DNA of 64,000 bases from assembly GCA_963768545.1 (NCBI GenBank), contig CAVYIC010000006.1, positions 97,626 to 161,625 on the forward strand, given 5' to 3'. Origin of the DNA: an uncultured Pseudomonadota bacterium. Its GTDB lineage: Bacteria; Pseudomonadota; Gammaproteobacteria; Burkholderiales; Casimicrobiaceae. The position numbers and the translations under genes were made by a program. Numbering within the stretch: position 1 is the stretch's first letter; each line of letters begins with the position of its first letter. Below, one piece after another: positions 31,790 through 40,387 of this stretch. The notes below the pieces were generated by a model. The model did no database searches, was not told the DNA's origin, and was given only the letters and a program-made list of their open reading frames with translations.

Positions 31790-32218
31790 CTACTCCGGGA
31801 CTGTCTCGCCCGACCCGCCCATCTCCTTTGGCAAATCTTTCATCTTGGGGAGACCGTCCTTCATGCGCAGGACGGTCTCTGCGTAGTGGACATGAACCTG
31901 CGGCTCGTGGCGATAGGTGGGGATGGTGGCGGCGTACACGTCGATCAGCTCCCAGAGCGGGTGGTCCGTCAGCAGGTGCCCGCCGCAGACCTTGCAGAAC
32001 TTGCGGTAGCTCCTTTCCGTCTTGTGATAGACGCCGACGCTGTCCTCGCCCTTGGTGATCTTCACGACCTCGGGTTTCCAGAGGCTGAATGCGTTGACCG
32101 GCGCGGCCGCCCAGCTTCGGCACGACGCGCAATGACAGAAACCCGCCGCGGCGGGCTCGCCGGAAACGGTGAGCTCGACGGCGCCGCAGAAACAACTTCC
32201 CTCGTGAGTCTGGTTCAT
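31790..32218 (-). CDS. GFA family protein (glutathione-dependent formaldehyde-activating/CENP-V)
   Basis: GSCFCGAV, CHCASCR, RKFCKVCG; AAGGAA RBS. Confidence 0.92.
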   Translation of the reverse strand: MNQTHEGSCFCGAVELTVSGEPAAAGFCHCASCRSWAAAPVNAFSLWKPEVVKITKGEDSVGVYHKTERSYRKFCKVCGGHLLTDHPLWELIDVYAATIPTYRHEPQVHVHYAETVLRMKDGLPKMKDLPKEMGGSGETVPE

Positions 32219-32490
32219 GATCTTTTCCTTATAAAGACGCGTATTTTAATCGCGCGTAGTTCACTCGTGCAGGTCAAGTTTCGGTGCGGCTACCGCAGCA
32301 CTGTCGCGTTCGCGATCCACCGGCCATCGATTTGCGCAACAGCGCTTGCATGCCTTCTCCGAATCAAGTTATGGATGAACACGATGCCGCGCGGCTGCTC
32401 GAGTCCTCGTGCAACCTGCACCGCAAGGTGCGTGCGCGGAAGCAATGGAGTGTAGTAGGCAGATGCGGCTTTCGAACTTCATCGGGACGC

Positions 32491-32513
32491 CACTTTCGTT
32501 TCGTTTGTTTCAT
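32491..32513 (-). promoter_or_regulatory. Direct-repeat box ATGAAACAAACGAAACGAAAG upstream of the GFA gene
   Basis: 15-bp identity (TGAAACAAACGAAAC) with the box at 37482-37496. Confidence 0.6.
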
Positions 32514-32606
32514 GAGCACTCATGAAGCATCGAAGCGATCGGTAGCGAGCACTGCTGGAAATACGTTGCCCGCCTGACTCCCTGCCGAGCCCGCACAACG
32601 ATGCGT

Positions 32607-35600
32607 TCAGTCGGAGCGCGCTGCCTCGCCGTCTGCCGCAAGCTCGGCAACCATGCGGCGCACGTCGCTTGGCAGGAAGGGCTTTTCGATCACCGGGCGC
32701 CCGGTCTCGAAGACGAACTCGCGCAAGGCCGAGGTCAGCGTATCACCGGTTATGAAGATCACCCGCCCGGCGCGCCCGGGCCACCGGGCCTCGATCGCCT
32801 GGTACAGCGCGCGCCCATCGAGATCGGGCATGCGGATATCCGTGAGGATGACATCGTAGTGCTCCGCCGCCATTCGCTCCAACGCTTCGCGGCCGGAGCT
32901 GACGGCCACGACCCGATGCCGCGCAGCGGTCAGGATCTCGGCCAGCGTTTCGCGAATCTCCGCCTCGTCGTCGACGACGAGTATCGTACGTCGACTCGGC
33001 CGATCCCTCTGTGGTGGCTCGGCATCGGCGCTCGACGTATCCACCGCCCCGACAGGGAGCGAAATGGTGAACATGGCGCCGCCTTCGATCGGACAATCGA
33101 CGGTAAGCGTACCGCCATGCGCTTCGACGATGCCAAGACTTACCGCCAGTCCGACCCCCACGCCGATTCCTGTCGGCTTGGTGGTGAAATAGGGCTCGAA
33201 TATCCGCGCGCGAAGATGGGCCGGGATGCCAGGCCCATTGTCGGCGACGGTGACGCGAAGCATCTCCGCGAGTGCGTCGAAATGACTGGCGAGGCGTATG
33301 CGGCGCGGCAGGCGCTGGTCCTGCAATGACTGTTGCGCATTGATGATGACGTTGAGCAGCACTTGATGGAGCTGGTCGGCGTCGGCAAGGATGAGCGGAA
33401 CATCCTTTGAAAGATCCAGCGTCACTTCGATGCTGCTCGTGCGAAGGGCGTAGCCTGTAATGTCGAGCGCTGCCGAAACGACCTCGTTGATCGCCACCGG
33501 ACCGCGTTCGGGTTGTTGCTGCCGCGCCATGGCAAGGAAGGTGCGCACGATGCGCGCGCAACGCTCGGCGGCCGTGCGGATCTTCACTGCCGCGACCTGG
33601 GTCGATGAGTCCCCTTGTTCCTCGAGCAATACCGCCCGGGCGACCACCACGGAAAGCGGATTGTTGAGCTCATGGGCGACGCCGGCCAACAGCGAGCCGA
33701 GCGCAACCAGCTTTTCGCGTTGATGCGACGTTTCACGCTGTCGCGCCAATTCTTCCGCAGAGCGCTTCTTTTCGGTGATGTCGCGGGCAATCGTCAGCAC
33801 ATGCGGCTGTCCCTGGTACTGCATCGGGATCCCGTGCACTTCGAGCTCCAGCGTCGAGCCATCCTTGCGAAGATCGGTCACTTCCGAATGAAGCGATTGA
33901 CCGGCCGCGACCGCTCGCAGGAATTCGGGGTGATAACAGGGGCCCGTGTCGCTTCCCGGCGGCAATGCGAAAGACTCGCCGTCGCCATAACCGTACATCC
34001 GCCAAAGGGCGGGATTGGTATCCACGATCTCGGCTGCCGCGTTCCACAGCGCGAGTCCATCGATCGATGCATTGAACATGGCGCGGTACTGTTCTTCGCT
34101 CGCCCTCAACGCCGCCTCGGCCACCTTGCGGCCGGTAATGTCGCGTGCGAGGGCGAGAATTCGATCCTGTCCGCCGATCGTCACTCGCTTGACGAACACC
34201 TCATGCCAGCGCAAGGTGCCATCCTTGCTTTTGCCATGCCATTCGATGCGTAGCGGCTCCCCGGCAAACGCACGCGATATCAATCCCATCGCGTCTTGCT
34301 GGGTATACGGATGCTCGCCCGTGCCAAGCGTACCGACCTCGAGGTGCAGGAGCTCCTCCCGCGTGTAGCCGAAGGTGGCGCACGCTCTGGGATTGACGTC
34401 CACGATCGCGCCCGTTTCGACGTCGTGCACGAATATCGCATCCTCTGAGGCGTCGAAAATCGCTCGATAGCTGGCCTCCGATACCCGCAGCGCTTCGTCC
34501 GAGCGCTTGCGCTCGGTGATGTCGGTGGAAATGCCGCAGACCGCGTAGGCGACGCCGTTCGCGTCGTGCAATGGGAACTTGATCGAGATATACGTGTGCA
34601 GGCCATCGTCGAGTGGCGCGGTCTCCTCGAACTCCATCGGCGCATTGCGCTGCAGGACGAGCAGATCATTGTTGCGAAGTGCCTGGGCGATCGCTTCAGG
34701 AAGCATCTCGCCGTGGGTCCTTCCCGCGACCTCCGCCTGGCGAAGATGAAAAAGACGTTCCCATTGCCGGTTGACGAACAGGAAGCGGCCCTCCGTATCC
34801 TTCACGGAGACGACCGCCGTGGCGTTGTCGAGGATTTGCTGCAGCCGCGCTTCGCTGTTCTCCAGCTCGCGCTGCACGCGGGCCCGCTCGGAAATGTCCT
34901 GGCGGAGCCGCGTTTGCGTTTCGGAGACTTCGAGCGCCATGGCATCGAATGCCCGGCTCAGCCTGCCGAGTTCATCGCTGCCCTTCAGATTGCTGCGGGC
35001 GGCAAGGTCTCCGGCCGCGAGCTGCTCGGCCGCGTGCACCAGTCGCGCCGTGCGGCGGGTAAGGAGAAAATGAAAGACGAGCCACATGCCGAGCGCAAGC
35101 GCTGTCACCCACCCCGCCCAGTAGATCGATTGCTGAAGAACCTGCGCCCGCGCCTCCGCCTTGTACCGCTTCAGATCGTAGGTGAGAAACAGGCTGCCGG
35201 TCCTCGAGGGCCGCAGTTCTTCACCTTCACTGCCCATGAGAACTCCGGCGTAGCCGAGCAGCGCACCGTCGGTCGAGCTGGTCGTCACGCCTGCACGCCG
35301 TTCACGAATGGCGCCGACCGCTTGATCGAGGTCGAATTCCGGAGACACATCCGCGATTTGCCGACCCAGCCACGCACGTCTCGTCGCGGCGATGACCACA
35401 TGCCGGTCATCCGTCAACGCGGCGAGGACGACGTCGTGGTTGTGCGCCAGTACCGCGACCTCGCGTTGCGCAACCTCCAGGTCACCCTTCAGAAGCAGAT
35501 ACTCGAGCGTGCTTTGCAGCCGGGACAACTCCTGTACCAACCGTTTTCGATTGTCTTCCTCCGCCGCGCGCTCCGCGCGGGGCACGTGATACAGAAGATT

Positions 35601-35681
35601 CACCGTGCTGAGCGTCGCGGCAAATCCCAGCAGGATGAGCGGGACCGTGAGCTTGAGCGACGCCGGCACGCGGGTGATCAT
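32607..35681 (-). CDS. Hybrid sensor histidine kinase (TM-HAMP-3xPAS-HisKA-HATPase-REC)
   Basis: DELGRLSRAFD (HAMP); three PAS/PAC motifs (DITERK/DITGRK/DITEKK); GVAHELNNPL; DNGPGI; FEPYFTTK; GVGLAVS; ILVVDDE...DIRMP...EKPF. Confidence 0.95.
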   Translation of the reverse strand: MITRVPASLKLTVPLILLGFAATLSTVNLLYHVPRAERAAEEDNRKRLVQELSRLQSTLEYLLLKGDLEVAQREVAVLAHNHDVVLAALTDDRHVVIAATRRAWLGRQIADVSPEFDLDQAVGAIRERRAGVTTSSTDGALLGYAGVLMGSEGEELRPSRTGSLFLTYDLKRYKAEARAQVLQQSIYWAGWVTALALGMWLVFHFLLTRRTARLVHAAEQLAAGDLAARSNLKGSDELGRLSRAFDAMALEVSETQTRLRQDISERARVQRELENSEARLQQILDNATAVVSVKDTEGRFLFVNRQWERLFHLRQAEVAGRTHGEMLPEAIAQALRNNDLLVLQRNAPMEFEETAPLDDGLHTYISIKFPLHDANGVAYAVCGISTDITERKRSDEALRVSEASYRAIFDASEDAIFVHDVETGAIVDVNPRACATFGYTREELLHLEVGTLGTGEHPYTQQDAMGLISRAFAGEPLRIEWHGKSKDGTLRWHEVFVKRVTIGGQDRILALARDITGRKVAEAALRASEEQYRAMFNASIDGLALWNAAAEIVDTNPALWRMYGYGDGESFALPPGSDTGPCYHPEFLRAVAAGQSLHSEVTDLRKDGSTLELEVHGIPMQYQGQPHVLTIARDITEKKRSAEELARQRETSHQREKLVALGSLLAGVAHELNNPLSVVVARAVLLEEQGDSSTQVAAVKIRTAAERCARIVRTFLAMARQQQPERGPVAINEVVSAALDITGYALRTSSIEVTLDLSKDVPLILADADQLHQVLLNVIINAQQSLQDQRLPRRIRLASHFDALAEMLRVTVADNGPGIPAHLRARIFEPYFTTKPTGIGVGVGLAVSLGIVEAHGGTLTVDCPIEGGAMFTISLPVGAVDTSSADAEPPQRDRPSRRTILVVDDEAEIRETLAEILTAARHRVVAVSSGREALERMAAEHYDVILTDIRMPDLDGRALYQAIEARWPGRAGRVIFITGDTLTSALREFVFETGRPVIEKPFLPSDVRRMVAELAADGEAARSD

Positions 35682-35692
35682 GGAACGTTACG

Positions 35693-36670
35693 TCACTTCG
35701 GCAGGTTAGCCAGAGGCCCCGGCGCCAGGACTCTTTCGATTTCCAGCTCGGTGCGCAGCAACTTCGCTTCGATCATCAACGCCATAAGCCGCCGGCCGGT
35801 CGACGCGAGCTCCGGCGTCGGTCCACCGAGCATCGCAAGGTTTTCTTCGCGCGACGGAGTATGGAGACCACGCTGTGCCTCCAGGAACTGCTCGGCGGTC
35901 GTCTGTTGGCGTATTCCCATCCGTCGCGCCGCATCCCCGGGCTCGCGCTTCATGTAATCGGTCGCACTGAACCAGCCGGTAAGCAGTGCCTCGATGGCCT
36001 TTGGCTGCTTCTCGATGACGCTTGCGCGGACCGCCAGAAGATCGACGATCTCACCCGGGATGCGGGTGCTGTCGAATAGCGTGGCGGCACCTGCACGCAG
36101 GAACTGTGCGCGATAGGGATCGAACGTGACGGCGCCGTCGACCTGACCCTTTTCGAACGCGCTGGGTTGCTCGTTCGACTCCAGGTGTACGACGTTGACG
36201 TCACTCGCGTGCATGCCGTTCAGCGCCAGTGCCCGGCTCAAGACAAACGCACCGAGCGCACCGCTTTCGACCGCGACCGATTTACCCTTGAGGTCATGCA
36301 TCGTTCGCATTCCGGAACGGCCAACGACCGCGTCGGCCCCGTGCGACACGTCGACGACCAGAATGATCCGCGGCTGCAGGCCATCGACCGCAAGCCCGAA
36401 TAGCTCATCCAGGCTGATCACCATGCCGTCGATGGCTTGATTGCGATAAGCGCGAAGAACTTCGCTCGCCGACGGATACTCGACGAGCTGCAGCGTCGCG
36501 GGGTTCAGATGGCCCAGGTCACGGGCGAGGTAAAGCGGTTCGCTCCCGACCCACACATTCGTGCCGATACGCAGGGCAGTTTCGGGTTCGCGCATGCAAC
36601 CAAGGAGCGGAAGCAACGCGACGCAGGCGAGAACGCACAATGTGCTGGCAGTGCGCAGGTATTGGCTCAT
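35693..36670 (-). CDS. ABC-type (SsuA/NMT1-like) periplasmic binding lipoprotein, probable sensor partner
   Basis: Lipobox LLGC; WVGSEPLYLA; DVSHGAD; DLKGKSVAVE; VDGAVTFDP. Located between the response regulator and kinase, with no permease. Confidence 0.85.
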   Translation of the reverse strand: MSQYLRTASTLCVLACVALLPLLGCMREPETALRIGTNVWVGSEPLYLARDLGHLNPATLQLVEYPSASEVLRAYRNQAIDGMVISLDELFGLAVDGLQPRIILVVDVSHGADAVVGRSGMRTMHDLKGKSVAVESGALGAFVLSRALALNGMHASDVNVVHLESNEQPSAFEKGQVDGAVTFDPYRAQFLRAGAATLFDSTRIPGEIVDLLAVRASVIEKQPKAIEALLTGWFSATDYMKREPGDAARRMGIRQQTTAEQFLEAQRGLHTPSREENLAMLGGPTPELASTGRRLMALMIEAKLLRTELEIERVLAPGPLANLPK

Positions 36671-36678
36671 GTTCACTC

Positions 36679-37390
36679 TCAGTTTCCGTCCGGCACGAAG
36701 ATGTAGCCCTCGTTGCGTATGGTCCTGATGTACCGCGGATGCTCGGGATCGGGCTCGATCTTCTTGCGCAACCGCATCACGCGCAGATCCACGCTGCGAT
36801 CGAACGGATCCCAATCGCGTTGCTGAGTCAGGTTGAGGATCCGTTCGCGGGACAGCGCCCGGTTGGGATGTTCCGTCAAGCGCCTTCAGCAGACCGAATT
36901 CCAGCGGCGACATCGCCACCTCGACTCCCTTCTCATCGGTGAGCCGGTGCGCAGCGACGTCGAGCACGCATCGGCCGATGCGCACCCGTGCAGCGCCAAG
37001 ATCGGCCCGCCCTGCCGACCACGTACGGCGCAGCACACTCTTGACGCGGGCGACCAACTCGCGCGGATCGAACGGTTTGGGAACGTAGTCGTCCGCCCCT
37101 ATCTCGAGGCCGACGATCCGATCCACGACCGTGGCGGCGGATGTCAGCATGACGATCGCGATCTTGGCGTACCGCTCCCGAAGGTGCCGCGCGAGGCTGA
37201 GGCCGTCCTCGCCGGGCATGTGGATGTCTATCAGCGCGAGGTCGATCGACTGTGCAGCGGCCACCGTCCGCGCGACGCTCGCGCTCTCCGCCCCGATGGC
37301 CGCATAGCCCTGGGTGACGAAGTACTCCTCCAGCACCTCGCGAACATCCGGCTCGTCATCGACGATCAGGATCGTGGCTTTCGGGCTCAC
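36679..37390 (-). CDS. OmpR-family response regulator (one frameshift near 36880)
   Basis: ILIVDDE, DIHMPGEDG, GADDYVPKPF; wHTH SRERIL...DRSVDLRVMRLRKKIE...IRTIRNEGY. Confidence 0.92.
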
Positions 37391-37480
37391 AGAGGTCGGT
37401 CCCTATACCTTTTGGCCTTGGCAGCGCCGGCGATCGAAGAATACGTCCACTCGCGAACGGATCAAGCCATTCGGGGGCAA

Positions 37481-37520
37481 GTGAAACAAACGAAACAAAG
37501 GTGAAACGACCGAAACAAAT
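37481..37520 (+). promoter_or_regulatory. Tandem direct repeats (GTGAAACAAACGAAACAAAG / GTGAAACGACCGAAACAAAT), probable OmpR-type binding site
   Basis: Four GAAAC cores at 9/11/9-bp spacing in the divergent intergenic region between the response regulator and the DUF1127 gene. Confidence 0.65.
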
Positions 37521-37778
37521 CCGAGGTCCCGGTGAAGTATCCCTGACGCAGTCGGGCAATAGACTGCAATGCATGCCTCACGTCGCCGAAATTCAGGTAA
37601 CCGACTGCGTATGCGATACCCCGGTGCGCGGGAATCGCGAGCCGCTTCCCGCCGATGCAATCCTGCACGATACGCCGTTGGAGCTCGCGTGGCAGCCCGA
37701 CCCGCACCGCCCGCGTTCCTCTCCGTGAACCGGCTCCAATACCTCGTTACTTACCGTTCCTTCCCCGAAAGAACAGGC

Positions 37779-38303
37779 ATGCGCAAATCACCGTACTCGA
37801 ATGGCGCCGCTGCAGTTGAAGAACTTGCCCGCGGCAGCGCCATCCCGTGCAGCGACACGTCGATCGCCGACTCGTGGCGGCGCTCCGCGGAGAACGATGC
37901 CACCTGCGACTACGCTCCGAACGCCGACGATGAAGTCGCGCTACGCGCGTTTGCGGCGGGTGGCCCTGGCGATGTCCCGACCGCCGATGCTCCGTATGGC
38001 GAGTGGCCAATGAGTTACGAGGTTTACCAGGCGGCCCGCGCTCGCCAGTCAGCCGCCATCGCCACGCTCATCGCCGCGGCGATTCAGGCGGCCGGCGCAT
38101 TCGCACGGCGGGCGTACGCGCGCTATCAGCAACGCCGGCAGGCGAGGGGTATCCGCGTCGCACTTGGCGAACTCGATGACCGCACCCTGCACGATCTTGG
38201 ATTCAACCGCGACGAAATAGCATCGATCGCGGCGGAAACGACGGGACGGGCGGAGTGCAGTCGCCTGCGTGTCCTGCAAACGTTGTACGGTCCTCCGAAA
38301 TGA
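37779..38303 (+). CDS. DUF1127 domain-containing protein
   Basis: RRQARGIRVALGELDDRTLHDLGFNRDEI. Start uncertain (37779 or 38010). Confidence 0.75.
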   Translation: MRKSPYSNGAAAVEELARGSAIPCSDTSIADSWRRSAENDATCDYAPNADDEVALRAFAAGGPGDVPTADAPYGEWPMSYEVYQAARARQSAAIATLIAAAIQAAGAFARRAYARYQQRRQARGIRVALGELDDRTLHDLGFNRDEIASIAAETTGRAECSRLRVLQTLYGPPK

Positions 38304-38374
38304 GCCGCATCTCGCGCAAGCGGGCAGCGTTGCTGCCTCAATACGAGCCCATCCACGTCACCAGGAGTACAGCC

Positions 38375-39208
38375 ATGTCCGCAGTCATTTCCACTTCCTC
38401 GCCCGCCGTCGATCTCGCCGCAGTCAAGACCCGCCAGCAAGCCGCCTGGTCCGCGGGCAACTATGCCGTCGTGGGCACCACGCTGCAGATCGTCGGTGAG
38501 AACCTGTGCGAAGCGCTCGACCTGCGCTCGGGCGCGCGCGTGCTCGACGTCGCCGCCGGCAACGGCAATGCCACGCTTGCGGCCGCGCGCCGCTGGTGCG
38601 ACGTGACGTCCACCGACTATGTGTCCTCGCTGCTCGAGTCCGGACGGGCGCGCGCGCTGGCCGAAGGCCACACGATCGAGTTCCAGGAGGCGGACGCCGA
38701 GAACCTGCCGTTCTCCGACGCATCGTTCGACGCGGTGATGTCCACTTTCGGCGTGATGTTCACGCCGAACCAGGACAAGGCGGCGAGCGAGCTTGCGCGC
38801 GTCTGCAAGCCGGGCGGCAGGATCGGCCTGGCGAACTGGACGCCCGAGAGCTTCATCGGGCAACTCTTCAAGACGATCGGCAAGTACATCCCACCGGCGC
38901 CGGGGGTCAAATCACCCGCGCTGTGGGGCACGAAGGCGCGGCTCGAGGAGCTCTTCGGCAAAACCGCGCGCGAGATCCGTACGACGAGCCGCGACTTCGT
39001 CTTTCGCTATCGCTCGCCCGCACACTGGATCGAAGTGTTCCGCACGTACTACGGTCCGATGAACAAGACGTTCGGCGCGCTCGATGCCGAGAAGCAGGTT
39101 GCGTTCACGCAAGACGTGCTGGCCCTGATGGAGAGGGACAATCGCTCGGGCGATCGCACGCTGGTGCTGCCGAGCGAGTACCTCGAAGTGGTGATCGAGC
39201 GGAAGTGA
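38375..39208 (+). CDS. Class I SAM-dependent methyltransferase
   Basis: VLDVAAGNG, ADAENLPFSDASFD, FGVMF, RVCKPGG; AGGAG RBS. Confidence 0.93.
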   Translation: MSAVISTSSPAVDLAAVKTRQQAAWSAGNYAVVGTTLQIVGENLCEALDLRSGARVLDVAAGNGNATLAAARRWCDVTSTDYVSSLLESGRARALAEGHTIEFQEADAENLPFSDASFDAVMSTFGVMFTPNQDKAASELARVCKPGGRIGLANWTPESFIGQLFKTIGKYIPPAPGVKSPALWGTKARLEELFGKTAREIRTTSRDFVFRYRSPAHWIEVFRTYYGPMNKTFGALDAEKQVAFTQDVLALMERDNRSGDRTLVLPSEYLEVVIERK

Positions 39209-39430
39209 TGTCTGGGATAGTCCGGCGCTGTGGCGGAAGTGGTCGTGACTCGAGTCCTTTCATCGGTCTTTCCCGAATTCCGGCATGAACCGCTACAAAC
39301 CTGCACGGTCTCGCCTCGCGTCTGCTGTCACAGCCTTGGTCATGACGGTGTCGACCTTTGGTGTACTGGTGGCCCTGCCGTCCCGGATCGAGCTGCGCAA
39401 GATACCCATCCTGAATCACGCCTCGGAGGC

Positions 39431-40360
39431 ATGGACATGCAACCGCACGCGTCATCGTGCAAGGCCCCGGCCCGTGTCACGACAAGGCTGGACACGCTCT
39501 CCGATCGGCCCGGCTGTGTGGTCGCAGGTACCGGCGCACCGGTCGTCATGCTGCATTCGTCACTCAGCTCGAAATCGCAATGGACCGCGCTCGCCGAACG
39601 AATGTCACCGCGATTCCGCGTGATCGCGCTCGATCTTTGGGGGTATGGCGACAACGCGATGCCGGCTGCGCCAGACTCGTTTGCGCTGGACGACGAGGTT
39701 CGGCTCGTCGCCGCTCGTCTCGACAGCCTCGTGGCGCCGCACCTCCGTGTTCACCTGGTCGGCCATTCGTATGGTGGATTGGTGGCGTTGCGATTCGCGC
39801 AATGCAGGGGCGACCGCGTCGCGAGTTTATCGTTGTACGAGCCGGTAGCGTTCCGCATGCTGGACGACGAAGACGCGGGACTGGCCGAGGCGAGGACGCT
39901 GGCGGACCACGTTCGGCGCCTGCTTGCAGCGGAGCGGCCGCACCGTGCCGCGCAGGCATTCGTGGATTTCTGGAGCGGCGACGGTGGCTATGCTTCGCTG
40001 TCGCCACGGGCCCGGTCCGGCATTGCGCGCAAGATCGACAAGATTCCCCTCGACTTTCAGGCGGCCTGGCGCTGGCGGCCGGATCCGAGGGATCTTCGCA
40101 GCATCGTCGCGCCCACGCTTTTGATGGCGGGCAATCGCAGTCCGGCGGTCGCGCAGCGCATCGTCGCGCTGCTTGCCGGGACGCTCCCCAATTGCCGCGT
40201 AGCCTCCTTCGACTTCGGTCACATGGGACCGATGACCGATCCCTATCTGATCAATCCGTGGATCGAAGCGTTTGTGGACAGATGCACGGAGGAAGACGCC
40301 GCTCTGCCGGTACCGCACGCGATCGCCGAACGCCCACTGTGGGAATCAGCAGCGCACTGA
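39431..40360 (+). CDS. Alpha/beta fold hydrolase
   Basis: VVMLHS, ALDLWGYG, nucleophile GHSYGG, GHMGP. Confidence 0.9.
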   Translation: MDMQPHASSCKAPARVTTRLDTLSDRPGCVVAGTGAPVVMLHSSLSSKSQWTALAERMSPRFRVIALDLWGYGDNAMPAAPDSFALDDEVRLVAARLDSLVAPHLRVHLVGHSYGGLVALRFAQCRGDRVASLSLYEPVAFRMLDDEDAGLAEARTLADHVRRLLAAERPHRAAQAFVDFWSGDGGYASLSPRARSGIARKIDKIPLDFQAAWRWRPDPRDLRSIVAPTLLMAGNRSPAVAQRIVALLAGTLPNCRVASFDFGHMGPMTDPYLINPWIEAFVDRCTEEDAALPVPHAIAERPLWESAAH

Positions 40361-40387
40361 AGATTTGCATCAACGTTTCGGCCGAAA

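Noticed and set aside
35693-37390. Novel response regulator-periplasmic binding protein fusion (565 aa)
   Set aside because: A frameshift near 36880 explains it. The regulator's wHTH end is in another frame (36679-36879), and the binding protein has its own ATG and lipoprotein signal.
37481-37520. CRISPR-like repeats (GAAAC ends)
   Set aside because: The units are only about 10/20 bp, with no unique spacers and no cas genes. A transcription-factor box fits better.
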